Positions 48,723 to 61,640 of a stretch of DNA of 64,000 nt are shown piece after piece (positions within the stretch are counted from its first letter, which is position 1; each line of letters starts with the position of its first letter). Under the pieces are notes generated by a model that was not told where the DNA came from, made no database searches, and was given only the letters and a program-made list of their open reading frames with translations. The translations under genes and the position numbers were made by a program. This DNA is from Amphiscolops sp. MND2022 (taxonomy: Eukaryota), in the NCBI GenBank assembly GCA_964187785.1, contig OZ076417.1:45818001-45882000 (forward strand), given 5' to 3'.

Positions 48723-49155
48723 CGAGCGGCTTCTTGGACATTCGCAAGCACCATTTTTTCCTCGTTGTTCGTTGTTTTTTATTGAGCTGAAATTTTTTAG
48801 CCGCCACTCTAGAAACTAGCCCATACTTCTTCAGAACTCGCCGAATTGTAGATCTTGAGACACTTTTTGAGGTTGCAAAAGAATTATACTTTACCCTGAT
48901 TCTTTGTAATGTAGTTTTGGGATCGTTTTTGACGCTTCTTATAATTAATCTTTTGTCTTTTTTGCTAAGTTTTTCCGGTCTTCCTGGTGGTTTTTTTGGA
49001 GAATAAGAACTGGTTTTCAAAAAGCGCTTGTAAGCTGACTGTGCTGTTGATCGTGACTTCAAACCCAATTTCTCTTTGATTTGATTGTAAGATAACCCAA
49101 TCTCGCGAAGAGTAACAATTTTGCAAACCAAAAATGAATCAAGCGGTTTAACCAT
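48723..49155 (-). CDS. Tc1 transposase N-terminal (paired HTH) half
   Basis: GLSYNQIKEKLGLKSRSTAQSAYKRF, GRPEKLS, SRSTIRRVLKKYGL, RKKWC; 144 open codons. Confidence 0.85.
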
Positions 49156-49779
49156 TTTCGAAGCACAACTTCCGGTAACTGATTGAAATTGTTCACAAAT
49201 GTTTTCATTTTTTTTTGACTTGAAAAAAATTCAAAAAATTCAGCTGTACTTAGCTTTTTGGTACCATAGTGTATTACAAAAACTCATCTTTTAAAAACTT
49301 TTGTAACCTTTTTGCGGTTGCACGTATACAATAGGAAGTTCGAAATATGCTACAACTTTGGAAAAAGATTCCTTTGTCAGTTTTTCAAAAACGAAGAAAA
49401 TAGCTTTCCCTCAAATTGCGTAGATTGAACGCCGATTAAGCAAATGTGTTTCTTAGTTGATGCTCTTTCGGTGTCTATGTTCCTATAGCAAACTAAGGTA
49501 CCATATAAGTAACCAACTTGTCGAAGAATGTTCCACTTAAAGCTGAGGTTCTAAAGTCCTTTGGTCAAAGTCGCGAAAAACTGAATGCTCTACGATGCAC
49601 TTTGACTTTCTTGTAATGACCATACCAATAACCAAGGGAGCAAAAACTTGGATACAGGTCGAAAGCTCTAAGTGCCGAGGTTGCTTCAACGAATACCTGC
49701 TAACCTGTCCTAGTCTTTGATTGCTAATAGAAACGGGCATCGTCCTGAGTCCCTGAAGACCACCGCTTAACTAGCATAT

Positions 49780-50319
49780 AACAAGCCGGGAACGGCCAAA
49801 GTCGGCGCCATATCTAAGGCTCAAAATTTAAAAGGGGGACCCTTCGGGCTTTGTGAAACTCCAGCTGGTTGCACAAAATTTTTAAAAAATTGAAGGGGGG
49901 ACCCTTTGGAGACATGAAAAAATTTCCGAAAATTTTTTTAATGAGACTTTTGAACAGTGTCACAGTGCCGAAAAATGTAAAAGGGGGGAACCTTTGCGAT
50001 TTTTTGACATCCATTGTGTTGCAAAACATCAAAAAAAATTGAAGGGGGGACCCTTTGGGGAAAAAATTTCAATCCAAAAAGTTTCAAAAAGTCGCATAGT
50101 TCCAAAAAAAAGTGGGGATCCTTAGTGTGATTTCGAGGTTGTGGACGTCTGTTTTGTTTTTTCTTTTCGTTTTGGACGCTTCTGAGGTTGGAGTTGTTGA
50201 GGTTTGAAGTTGTGGAGGTTGTTGAACAAATGAACAAAAAGTGGACCTTCCGTGTCTAAAAAAAAACTACCCACTGTAATAGTCGGGCACATTTTCTACT
50301 AAAATGCGCCGACTAAAAA
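49780..50319 (-). mobile_element. HINE-family copy G
   Basis: AACAAGCCGGGAACGGCCAAAGTCGGCGCC ... AGTCGGGCACATTTTCTACTAAAATGCGCCGACTAAAAA. Confidence 0.82.
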
Positions 50320-51133
50320 CAATGCTAAGAATGAGGTAAATTTCCATTTCCAAGGTGACATGGGAATAACTTCTAAAATCGCAAAAACTGCCTCTCGAAC
50401 TAGAAATTTGGCTGAAACCATGGAAAATGCATACAATAAAACATCGAACTGGCACACTACAGAGCTACAAGTTGGGGCTCCAAGTACCGAACAAGGATCT
50501 TGAAGCGAAAAGATTCATTTTCCCGGTTTTCGTCACTTAGGGTAGCATAATACTGAAAATCAAGAAAAACCGGGTGTTAGAACCTCAACTAAAGTCTTTC
50601 TAGAGATCTTCACAATCTCTATGATCTCTCAAGCTGTTTCGTTCTCTGTGTTTTCACTCTGTCTGTTCCTGGTCCACGTTCTGCATTCAAAATTGCAGAA
50701 ACAGCGAAAAAAGTAATGCTCCAATTCCAATATCGACTGAATATGTGTACTAGAGGGTGCCTTCACAAACAAACGCTGGTCTTTGAAAAAAAAGCTGGGC
50801 AACAGGTTTTGCTCGCTTAACTTTGCTTGTTTAAAAAATTCGTTGTCAGTAAGGTTTGAATTCCGATCATCCACCATACAAAACCTAAACCTTTTTACTG
50901 CGTAGGTTTGACTGAATTTTAGCTGACTGTACGAAAGGTAAAATGTGTAAGTGAACATTGATACAAACTAGAAAACCTGATAAAACTAAAATTTTGGACA
51001 TAGTTGAAAACGTGAGCACTTATGTTCCTAGCCCAGCAGATACAACTTCAGCAATTGTAAAATAGAATTAGAGTTGTGACCTTCAACTTGCAATGAAGTC
51101 TCCTCTCTCTCTAAGTTCAGTTAAGTTCGACTG

Positions 51134-51701
51134 TTTTTAGTCGGCGCTTTTCGTAGAAAACGCAGACTATAGTAGTGTTTTTTCTTTTTTAAAGACCAAC
51201 GAAGTGACAGGTTTCATAAGCTTTATAAGCTGCGTCCACTAACTGCCACACTTGTAACTTCTACTGCCACTTAGCATAGAGGTTAAATAGGATAATTTTT
51301 GATGTCTGCCAAGCAGAAGGACGTGGGTCTTTGTCCCGCCCATGACCAAAAATTTTTTTGTGCAGATTTTTTTTCGGCTTTGTGAGATTTTTTTCGCAAA
51401 TTTTTCAAGTCTCCAAATAGTCACCCGATCATTTTTTTCTATTTTGCAAAAGAATGATTGTTCAAAAACTCCCAAAGGCTCCCCGTTTACATTTTTCGGC
51501 ACTATGCGACTTACCGGAGACCAAAAAAATTCAAAAAAAAATTTCGAAAAAAAATTTCGAAAACAAATTTCAAAAAAATCGGATTTTTTTCAAATTTTCC
51601 CTGACGCGGGTACTGTAGAAGAGAACACTTGACACATTGAAGTCCTTTTGCTATTTTTGAGCCTTAGATATGGCGCCGACTTGGGCCGTTCCCGGCTTGT
51701 T
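51134..51701 (+). mobile_element. HINE-family copy H, with a tRNA-like segment at 51266-51348
   Basis: TTTTTAGTCGGCGC ... GCGCCGACTTGGGCCGTTCCCGGCTTGTT. Internal TAGCATAGAGG A box, CTGCCAA loop, GTGGG-7nt-CCCGC arm and ACCA. Confidence 0.82.
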
Positions 51702-54268
51702 ATTTTCATGGAATGTAGGTTTCAGAATAAAAAACTTACATTTTCAGGCTAGAACTTTCACATTTTCAATGTATCGTCTTCGTAAAATTTGACCTGAGAA
51801 TATAGTTTCATCAATCATGGTTGTATCCGCTCATTTTTCCTTCCCGTTGAAAAAACACCCTCAATTGGATTCTTGAAAATTAACAGGGTGAAAACTTTGC
51901 TTAATGTTTCTGAAGAGGATGATCTTGTTTCGTACATAGTTCTTATCAGTAGCCTACGTAGTTTGAGCATTCCGTTGACTGCTTCAAACTCACGGCGTTC
52001 CAACAACTCTTCACATTTTGAACGCAATACTGTTTGTTTGTGCCCGCGTGCACAAAGGGGGTTTGTGGCTGTTAACTTTGGAGCATAAAAGGCTGAGGAA
52101 TGAATTGAAGAATTAATTGATTAGTTGTTGAAGTATAAAGCAAAGTTGGTTTACATTTAGGATTAAGTCAAAAGTTAATAGGAATGGGAATTATTGCTTG
52201 GTTACGAGATTACAGCTCATAAAGGAACCAGCAGCTAGCAGTCAAAGTTTAATGTTGGGTTGACCCGAGCAGTGCCTGTTTCCCAAGTTATTTCAACTAA
52301 AAATGTCCTAGGAAGGGATTCACAAAACGTTTAAGTTACTTTAGCAGGTACCAGACAAGTCGTTGTCCGGGAAGGAACGCTTTCCTTGACTTTTTAATTA
52401 AAACCGGTAAAAAAGTAACGCAAGTTGAATCAGCTCTTTACCGATTCCGGCATGTTCAAAGACATTTGAACATGCTGCACAAAAGCATTGTTTCTGTATG
52501 GCGTGGTGAACTGAATGAAAGATGATCAAATTACGTAACGTTTGAACTGAAGGAACTTCACTATGAAAATTGTTGAAATGTCATTCAAGTGATTGACATG
52601 GATCGACAAACGTTCAATCTATATCCGAAAACTAACGAAAACCGGGTTCAGTAGGCGACTGTAAGCGTAGAACCCAAAAAAAGAGCACGTTGGTAAAAAA
52701 GAGCAGAGAACCCAAAATGGTACGTTCGTTGGTAAACACGAAACGCAAAACCTTTTTATCAATGCAAAAGCAAATCACGAAACCCGAATGACCTTTAAAG
52801 ACCTGTAAACTTCAAAAAGAACGGTTACTTGAAAGTCATCCGAGTAACTACTTTTTCAAGGTTACTATGAAAGAATGATTAATTTAGTTCGTGTCCCGAA
52901 CACTGTTTGTTAACCCAAAAAAATAATGTGTACTGCGGAGATTTTTTTACCGCGAATTGCCTTTGTTCAACTTTCAAATTTAGTGCATTTCTTCAGTTAG
53001 AATATTCTGACATAGAAACATGGAAAAAATCTTTTTGTCTCCCCCAATGATCAAATTTCAATTAAGGCCTTAGTGTGACATAATCAAACCCGTATGCTCC
53101 CTTCTGGACTTGCCTGCAACTTGCATGGACTTGTCAGAAAATCGATGCGCCTACAAGACAACTTTTTACTTCGCAATTATTTCTCCTGGGTCACAAAATT
53201 TTTTCCTGTCTGGTACATCATTCACCCACAGCTGAGAGCTCTCTAGAGCCTCGTTTTAACTATTTTTGTGTGTCGCCCAGTTTCATATATGAAAAGCAAA
53301 TAATGTTGCAGTCGTGTTTTTCAATACTAAATTGGCAATGCACAATGCAATTTCATCCTCATAAGATAGAGCTGTTTCCTTAAAATCAACTTCATTTTAT
53401 TAGTTTTTTTGGAATATATTCATTTTTTTGTCAATTGAAAAAGCGCCAATTTAGAAAGTTTTCATACCATTAACTCATTTGTTCATGCGTTTTTTTCACT
53501 GGCGTTACTGAATTACTTCAGTGGGGAAATTTTACCGGTGCATAGCGGGCGTCTTGCTTTAAATTTCACTTCAATCAGTCAAAAAATTCCACACCTAGAC
53601 TGCTCTTAGAGCTTGAGTAGGAAGCACCGCCACCAGTCTAAGTATTCTTGGGTACCTTTTGGGGCGCGGAGCGTGGGATTTAGGGGGGTTTAGTAAAATT
53701 AAAACGCCCTTGGTAGTGTTTACATGCTTCTCAGTTGGTACGACAGTTAGACGCCTAATGAAAGAACATTAGCGCATTATTGGAATTAAATTCCAGCGTT
53801 TCAAGGTCACACAAAACTTATGATCCAATTATCATGATAGAGTTTTCACGCCGGTTATTGTCGTTCCTTTAGGCCTACTCTGTAGGATACTTTTTAGAAA
53901 ATTAGAATAATGCTCTTTTAGCAGACCTATCACTATGTTACGTACCATTAGAAGCTGTATTACCATGTTTAATTAGTTCTAGCTTTAAATGCTTTTTTCG
54001 CTTTGGAAGGTGAATAAATACAGTTATCTATTTTTTTAAACAGAATTTTTTTCAATATTTCAGCTTACACTGTCAAGTTTTTCAAGATTGGTTTTCAAAA
54101 CGGCTGTAAACTTGATTACACCCATTGCAGACTCTTATTTTTCTTACAATAGTTTAGAAAAATCTGAAGTAGGAAGATCAAAAATGCTTATTGTTCAATT
54201 ATCGTCATTTTTGAAATTTGAAACAGCGTAATTTGAACGAGCAATTTTTGTCAATATATTTTTTTGTA

Positions 54269-54423
54269 CCCTGGTTGAGAAAAAATACGTTCCTTGCAAA
54301 GATCTTACAGATCTTGTATGATTCTTACAAGGAATATCTTTACTTGCAAGATCTTCCGAGGCATGAATTAAATGCAAGAATCTCGCAAGATCCTTGTGAG
54401 GATTGCATTTTTCTCAGCCAGGG
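54269..54423. mobile_element. 155-bp MITE with 16-bp TIRs CCCTGG(T/C)TGAGAAAAA
   Basis: One mismatch between the TIRs; flanks TA / CA; internal AAGATCTT repeats. Confidence 0.8.
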
Positions 54424-57400
54424 CAAAAAATAATGTCATCAGCTAAAACGCTCCGTTGCCATAAAATTCTCCATTTGAACGCAAAACATCCAATTTTTCT
54501 TGAGCGGAAGTTTGGGAATTAATTTCCGTGATGAACAAACGGAAGAGATGTCTCTAAATTGTCTGCATTTTGCTGTAAATTCAACAAAAATCGAACAATG
54601 AATTTGAATCGCTGTTTGTAGTTTGCTGAATTGCTGAAAAGTCGGTCATTGAACTTTGTATGAAACAAAACATCAGCTGAACCGCGTGATTTTTTTGCCC
54701 TGACCTATTTAAGGAACTGTTGTAAAATAATTTCAAGCCTCAAGCATAGCCAATAATGTATGCCAATGAAAGCGCTCGAAACATCTAAGATAATTTCAAC
54801 TCATTAAGCCAAACCTTCGAGTTAATGACCAATTACAAAAACTCATCGTTCAAACTCTGTGGATATTCATTCCCACAAAAATTCAGGAATCGTAGAAAAA
54901 AGCTTTCTAAAAAGGTATAAATTAAAAAATTGAAGTGAAAATTACTATTTTATCATCTTGACACTTCTCATTTTTGACATATCATCTTTAGAAAAACTCC
55001 AAGTTTCTCCGAAACTTGATACTACGAGACTAATTATTTCGTGGTTGAATTCTGTTGAAGGAACTCTTTTTTTCGGGAATAAATCAAGTGTATGACAAAA
55101 GCTTTTCAAAAAACGTGGCAGAGAGATGGATTTTTTGCTGGGAAAACTTGATAAATCGCAAAAAAAATATTTTTAAACTTTCAAAAGTCCAATTGAACCT
55201 TCCATACCTCTTGCAAATGAATCGTGAATCAAAGCCGTCAGTTCAAATTTTCTTTATATTTGCTATTTATATAAATAACTATATTTATTTATAATATATT
55301 TATATTTATATAAATGCTACTAAAACCGCTCTTTTCCAACATTTTTCTTTACTGTCAAGACTTCGCTGAATAATCTTTTCAGTCATAAACAATGACCAAT
55401 TAAACCCAAGAATAATGGGTCAATTGTTTCCTTTTTACATACCCCTCTCATTTTCCTCAATTGCTATTATGAAATAAGAACAATCTTCACTGATTACGTA
55501 ACAATGTCTTTGTCAAAGTTTGTTACATAACAATTGTGTAATAAAAGTATGCGATTGGATAACGCTTTCATTAAACATGTGAATTGATATGATTGAATGG
55601 ATTCCATTCCGTTATTGCCTATAAGGAATGGGAATGTAAATCCCGCCCACATTTCATTGCTCTTGAATGCCCCCTTTCCTTCAAATTTGGCGGGAAAATG
55701 TTGATTTAAGCCATATTCAATCACACGATGAGGAATCAAATTAAGTATATGAGGGTATACCTATTTCCGAGCTACCATGGTATAAAGAAGCAAGAATAAC
55801 AGGCATCGCAATTGGAGCCGTCGAAGCAACAGAGTGTTAAAATTCCATAACAATATCCATCTAACACAGGAAAAGAATTCTTATTCCATGCCTTACCAAG
55901 CTGCCTCAATTTTTTCTCGGCGCTCAATCTGATTGGCTCTTGATCGGCTTGTATTGTGTGAACAAATGCAAGGATAATACTTTTCAATCTGATTTTTCGT
56001 CTTGGCCTCCAAAAATTTCTTTTTCTTTTTTTCTTCTAATGTTGATGTTGCGATATTTTTCACACGACGGGTTTGATTTGTTATGTTGTATACTTTCATA
56101 TCCCAGCTGAAAATCGAGATTTATCTGTCTCTTTATCTTTTTAGGCGACGTATTAACACTGCACTGGAAAAATAGGCCCATTGAATGCCGGGAGAAGAAA
56201 TCCATCACTCAACTTGGAGGGAAAGACAATTTACCCCTACCCCAAAACAGGGAATCGGCAAGTTATCTGTCCCAATTACACCATTGTTACCGTTATTATC
56301 TGATGGTAATCTTTAAGTAAAATAAACCCTTCAAGTATATAAAGTATATAACTTATACTTACCGTTTATACTTGGAATTATATCTCTCGGATACAATCAA
56401 AAATCGAGCCAGCTACTGACAGTTCGAAGCCGAACGATTTTGGATTGGAATACATTTTCATTTGCTCGATTGAACAAATGAACCTGAATTTATGAATGCC
56501 TGCAGTTATATTTTGTAAAATATTGTGTAAATAAGCCTGCACTTACTTTACAAGAATGAAAACACTTCGATTAGATCGGTAACTTGTTTTTCTACCACTT
56601 TGTAGCAAAGCACCTATTACCCTTACACCAATATTACCGCGGGAACTTTTTATACTTATACCCCCTTATTGCCTTTGATATAATTCAGTTATAAACACAA
56701 CCTGAGGCAGAATTCTACTTATAACTCAAAAGAGGCCAAGTTATTACACTGTGGTGGTTCATGAATATTCAAAGAATTTAGTCACTTGAAGTTATCTTTC
56801 TCGACAATCCTAGCCAGAACTTTTGCCCAATTTATAAGAAATATCGTGTTTGATATGAAACCAAGCTTACTTTTACAATTCTGCTTCAATTCCTGTAGAA
56901 AAAGTTAGTATATTCTATGTGCAAATTTTACATAATCTAGTTTGTTCTATTTTATTTCTTTAATACAAAATGCGTTTAATTGCAATCGAGAGGCTTTGAT
57001 TACTATGAGTTCAAAGTTGTCGCAATGAAATGCTTATGTATGTCTTTAAACTCTTCGTAAACATCAACTATTTGTCATAGGAAAATTGAAAGAAAACGTA
57101 CATAACATTTTGGAAACATAACTTCTCACGAAATTTCACGTTTCTCGGCTTCTCAGCACTCAATGGAATTTTTATTTGTTTTAAAACCTGGGCGAGACTG
57201 TTTTACATGCAGCTGGGTAGTTTTTCACAAAAACCAGAAAATACAGTAAGTTTCTGGTGGTAAATCGTGTAGGATTGCACTGCAGCATCAACAATTAAAA
57301 CTGGAATAGATAGTAGTTCCCGCTCCGTTACCAACAGTTTCACGTTGTTTTCACGATCTGATGCCATTACCACTTCTCAAATAGTACGCTGAAAATGCGA

Positions 57401-59778
57401 TAGTTTGCTGTTTATAATGTGATTGGAGTCAATTAGCATTGAAGTGGCGGTGAAAATGATAAACTTCTAGCTGTATTGAAGAAGGGAACTGCTTCCTAAT
57501 TAAAGCGGCAAAACTCAAGTCTGCGAAATGACGCCAAATTTGGTATGCTTTTTGCAAGCAGCTTGATAAAAGTCGATTGCAACAGGAAGTCATCAACGCA
57601 TGAAAGTGTCGGTAAGTGTTTTAGAAAATCATAATGAAAATCGTTGAAGAAATATGTACAAAGTTCAAGCAGCTTCAACAAAGGTACTCTACATTGGTTT
57701 TTTATGCATTATAAATCTGTTTCATGCATTTTTTCTCAACATACGGAAAGTTATAGAGTGCTTCCTTTTTTGTGTGTTGGAAAACTTAGACAGAGTTCAG
57801 ATGCTGGGAAATTAGAAAAAGATTCCGAGAGAAAAATTAGGGAGAAAACGTTTTATAGGCAAAGGTAACTTTTCAATCGAGCTTGACAAGCTTCTTTCGA
57901 AGCGCAGTGAAACATTTCCATGATCATGGATTATCCAAGATGTAGCAAAGGTAAACGTTGCAACCCGCCCAATAATGTTACGTTGTCGATTTGCGTACTT
58001 TAATAGCTCTGAAAACTTGATTCCAAATGCTTAATGAAACCATCTTCAATTATTTGGACATACACAACCTTTCGTTTCAAATCATTGTACGCCTCACTTT
58101 TTTGCTTCTTCATACTGATTTTGAAAAGAGGATTTATTGCCAAGGGTCGGGATAATAGTTAGGTTTACCATCATTTTCACCGAGGTTTGCTATCAGTGTT
58201 TATCGATCTTGAAGTTAAGACTGTCTTTGTTCAGAATTCTCGGTTTCATAAAAAAATTATCTCATGAATTATCCCAGGAAACTTTCATGCGTTAATACTT
58301 CACTGTTGTAATCGACTTTTATCAAGCTGCTTGAATGAAGCATCCTCAATTTGGCGGTAAATTTAAGACTCCAAGTCTTAGAAGTTCCATCAAGAAACAG
58401 TTCATTTAAAATCCAACCATGAGGTGTTATCATTTTTCCGAGATCTAAATGCAAAATAATTTCAACCACGCTATAATCTGCCAATTAGCGTCATCTTCAG
58501 CATTCTATTTTAGAAGCGGCGAAAACATCAATGCGCAGTTGGAAATGAAAGAATGAAAAAAACCTGATCGCATGGAAAACCAAGTGAACATTTTTCGATT
58601 TCAATTTCAATAGTGAAAACTGTAGTGTAATCCAATAAGATACAACGACGGCAGTTTACTAAATTTTCTAGGTTTAATAAAATAATACCATGAACGCAAA
58701 CCTGCATCATGTGCAAAATTTCTGAAGTCTCGACTAGGCTTCCGGAATTTTTCAGAAGCTGCTTACATGCGTTCAGGTCTTTCTTTCTACTGTAACCTAA
58801 TAAATTGCGGCCGTAAATCTTGTAGGATTACGCTGCAGTTTTCACGTTTGCAATTGAAATCGAAAAAAATCTCACTTTGTTAATGACACATGATTTTTTG
58901 TTTTCACACTTTGACTTGAAATTACTCTTCCAATCTAATCACCGCTTCTCAAAAAGCACTCTGAAGGTGATGCTAGTTTGACGTTTACAACATGACTGAA
59001 ATTACCTTGGTTCAGCAAGATCGTAAATTTGAAGAATTCCCAGCTACATTTAAAATTAGATTTGATGTGATCAAAACTCCACAGCCGAAAAAAGCCGCCA
59101 CTCTTTTAATGAATCTTTCAAGCATTGACAACGTTCAAAAATATGTCAAGATTTTAATCACTTTAAACAAGGTTGAAGCTTCAAATCATTATCTTGGGAA
59201 AAACAAACAAATTTACATGGCACCAATTGGTCCATTGACTAGAATTCTGCCAAAATTAAATCCCTTAGAACATTTTCGGCCTCTTTTCACTCACCCGAGA
59301 AACATAAGCGAACGAAACAAAAACAAGCACACGGGAACGCTTGCAATGATTTTGTTTGTTTCTGAAAAGAAACTTGATAATTTCAAGATTTGGAGTTGCT
59401 GTTCAAAAAAATTAAATCAGAATTTGAAACGGAAATGGTGCTTTGTTCAGAACAGTCCTAAATAACTCCAGCAAATTCAGTCAGTACAAAAATCGAATAG
59501 AGCAGTCTCTGGTATCTCTAGTAACAAGAAGGTAAAACTGCATTGTATAAACGTGTTGGAGGAAAACGAACTTTAGAAAAAGTATGTAAAAAGACAAAAA
59601 ATGCAAAAACACTAATGAAAAGTGTAATGGGGAGGAAAACAAAACTATTCAAAAAGCAAAAAAATCAAAGTAAATTTACATTTTAGAGCCTAATTTGCGT
59701 ATTTTTGGGTACTCAGGCGAGTAATTAGTGCGAACGAGATCCAAAATTCACAGTGATCAGACAACCCTAATTGGGTTA

Positions 59779-60186
59779 AAAGAAGCCGGGAACTGCATAA
59801 GTCGGCGCCATACCTAAGGCTCAAAAATATCACAGGGACCTAACTGGCGCGCCGTGGGGCCCTTGGCGTGCTAAAAGGTGGGACCCTTTCGAACTTTTTA
59901 TCATCCATTCTGTTGCAAAATTCTGAGACAATATATACATTTGAGAATAAAGTCTCAAAATGCCGAAAAAAACTGAAAGGAGGGACTCTTTAGTCCTGGC
60001 CGGAATGGTATGCAACGCTGAAACAAAAGAACAACCTTTATAGTTCAGTTCCCTTGGCCAAATGGTCCTATTTGACACCTTAAAAAATTCGTAGAAATTT
60101 GTAGGGGTATTTTGGTCAGTTCGTCTGGATTGAAAAAAGAGTCACTATTATAGTCGCGTTTCACTTCACGAACTGCCGACTAAAAA
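59779..60186 (-). mobile_element. HINE-family copy I
   Basis: AAGAAGCCGGGAAC..AAGTCGGCGCCATACCTAAGGCTCAAAA ... GCCGACTAAAAA. Confidence 0.72.
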
Positions 60187-60556
60187 TGCCTGCGCCATAA
60201 TGTTTATAAATACTTGTATATTTTTTTGAATCGGATGCTGTTCTTTGACATGTGAACATTGTTCATCGATCTTGGTACCTGAGCCGAAACTGTCCTCGTC
60301 AGAATTCTCGAATTTTAAAAAAAAAGTTTTTGAAGATTGTCAATTACTTCAGTATGATTTACCAAAACTCTTACAGGCTTCCATGCGTTAATACTGCCCT
60401 GTTCTATTTGAGTTTCATCAAGCTGCTTGGCGGCAACTCTAACAAATGTAAAAAAAGTGAAATAATTCAGATTGGAATTTAATTTCCCTTTTGCTAATAT
60501 TTTTCTATTCAGCAGCATGAGAAACTGAAACTGAATTCTTCATATGTTAGTCCTTG

Positions 60557-61083
60557 TTTAGTCGGCGTTTTTCTTGAGAAAAGAGTCGACTATTGTCATG
60601 ACTTTTCGTCAGTGTGTTTTTTCGATACACCTGAAGTGACCAAAATGGTTCTACCAAAATTTCTACAAAATTTGAAGGTAGTACAAAATTGTATCTGTTG
60701 GCCCAAGGAATTGAACCAAAAAGGGTTTCCTTTTTCCCGCGTAACATACAGTACCGGGCGAGACTGAAGGGCCCCCTTTTCATTTTTTGCAGTTTTGCGA
60801 CAGAATGGATGTTGAAAAGTCCCAAGAGGTCCCTTTTCAGTTTTTTCGGCATTGTGAGACTTTTTTCAAAACATTTTTTTTGCCAAAGGGTCCCCACTTC
60901 AAGTTTTCTGATGATTTGCGACACAGTTGATGAAAAATCTCAAAAAGTCCCCCTAGCGCACCAATTCGGTCCAACTTTTGGGTTTTCGGATTACTGTAGA
61001 AGAGAATACTTTGACGCTTTGAAGTCCTTTTGCTATTTTTGAGCCTTAGATATAGCGCAGATTTTGGCCGATCCCGGCTCGTT
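60557..61083 (+). mobile_element. HINE-family copy J
   Basis: TTTAGTCGGCGTTTTTCTTGAGAAAAGAGTCGACT ... GAGCCTTAGATATAGCGCAGATTTTGGCCGATCCCGGCTCGTT. Confidence 0.78.
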
Positions 61084-61640
61084 GTACTTTAGACACACCA
61101 AAGACTGACATTACCCTTAAAAGGCAAAATACACCAAACACTGAATTAGAACAGAATCGAAGTTGTGTCTAACACAGCAGAAAATTAAACAAAATTTCAG
61201 AAGAAAAACTAGTTTATTTGGCGTAAATTAAAGGACGTTTCGGTTTTTTGTCCAGAACAGCATGCAATGTATATAAGATGACATCAAGGAAAATAATATC
61301 GGAATCATAGGTTTTTCCTATTCCTTTTCGAATTTAATTTCAAAATGACATTTTAGGATTCAGATTTGAACTTTATTAAAACTATCTCTTAATGAATTGA
61401 CTGCTTGACTAGGATTAGGAAAACAGCAGCTCTGATTGTTGAGTCACAAAAATCTTAATTGTCAACATGTGTGAAAAAAGTTTTGTTCTAACGAAATACT
61501 ATTCCAATGGAAGATAACTTCCTGTTATGGAACCAATTTTGATTTTCCTTAATCCAGTGTGAGAAAAGTTTGTAAAACATAGTTTCAAAATTTCCGATGG
61601 TGAGGAAAATGAAAAAGAGCCAAGTTATGCTTTGTAACCA

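Larger units (their letters stand above)
47315..49271 (-). mobile_element. Tc1-family (DD34E) DNA transposon, 1957 bp including a 731-bp internal insert
   Basis: TIR CACTATGGTACCA(G/A)AAAGCTA(C/A)GTACA(C/G)CTG at both ends, flanked by TA (47313-47314, 49272-49273). Confidence 0.92.

Noticed and set aside
49500-49740. AFDLYPSFCSLGYWYG as a Cys-loop remnant
   Set aside because: It needs gaps to align, lacks the first Cys and FPxD, and the frame closes shortly afterwards.
58563-58790. EKCSLG / FPCDQ / DFRNFAHD fragments as Cys-loop or M2 motifs
   Set aside because: The C-x13-C spacing is wrong, the motifs fall in different frames, and the surrounding DNA looks like an old diverged repeat (similar to 57250-57460).
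58992-59465. 157-aa plus-strand ORF as a gene
   Set aside because: It has no domain signature and a Lys/Asn/Phe-rich composition expected from AT-rich noncoding DNA, and it begins within a diverged repeat.
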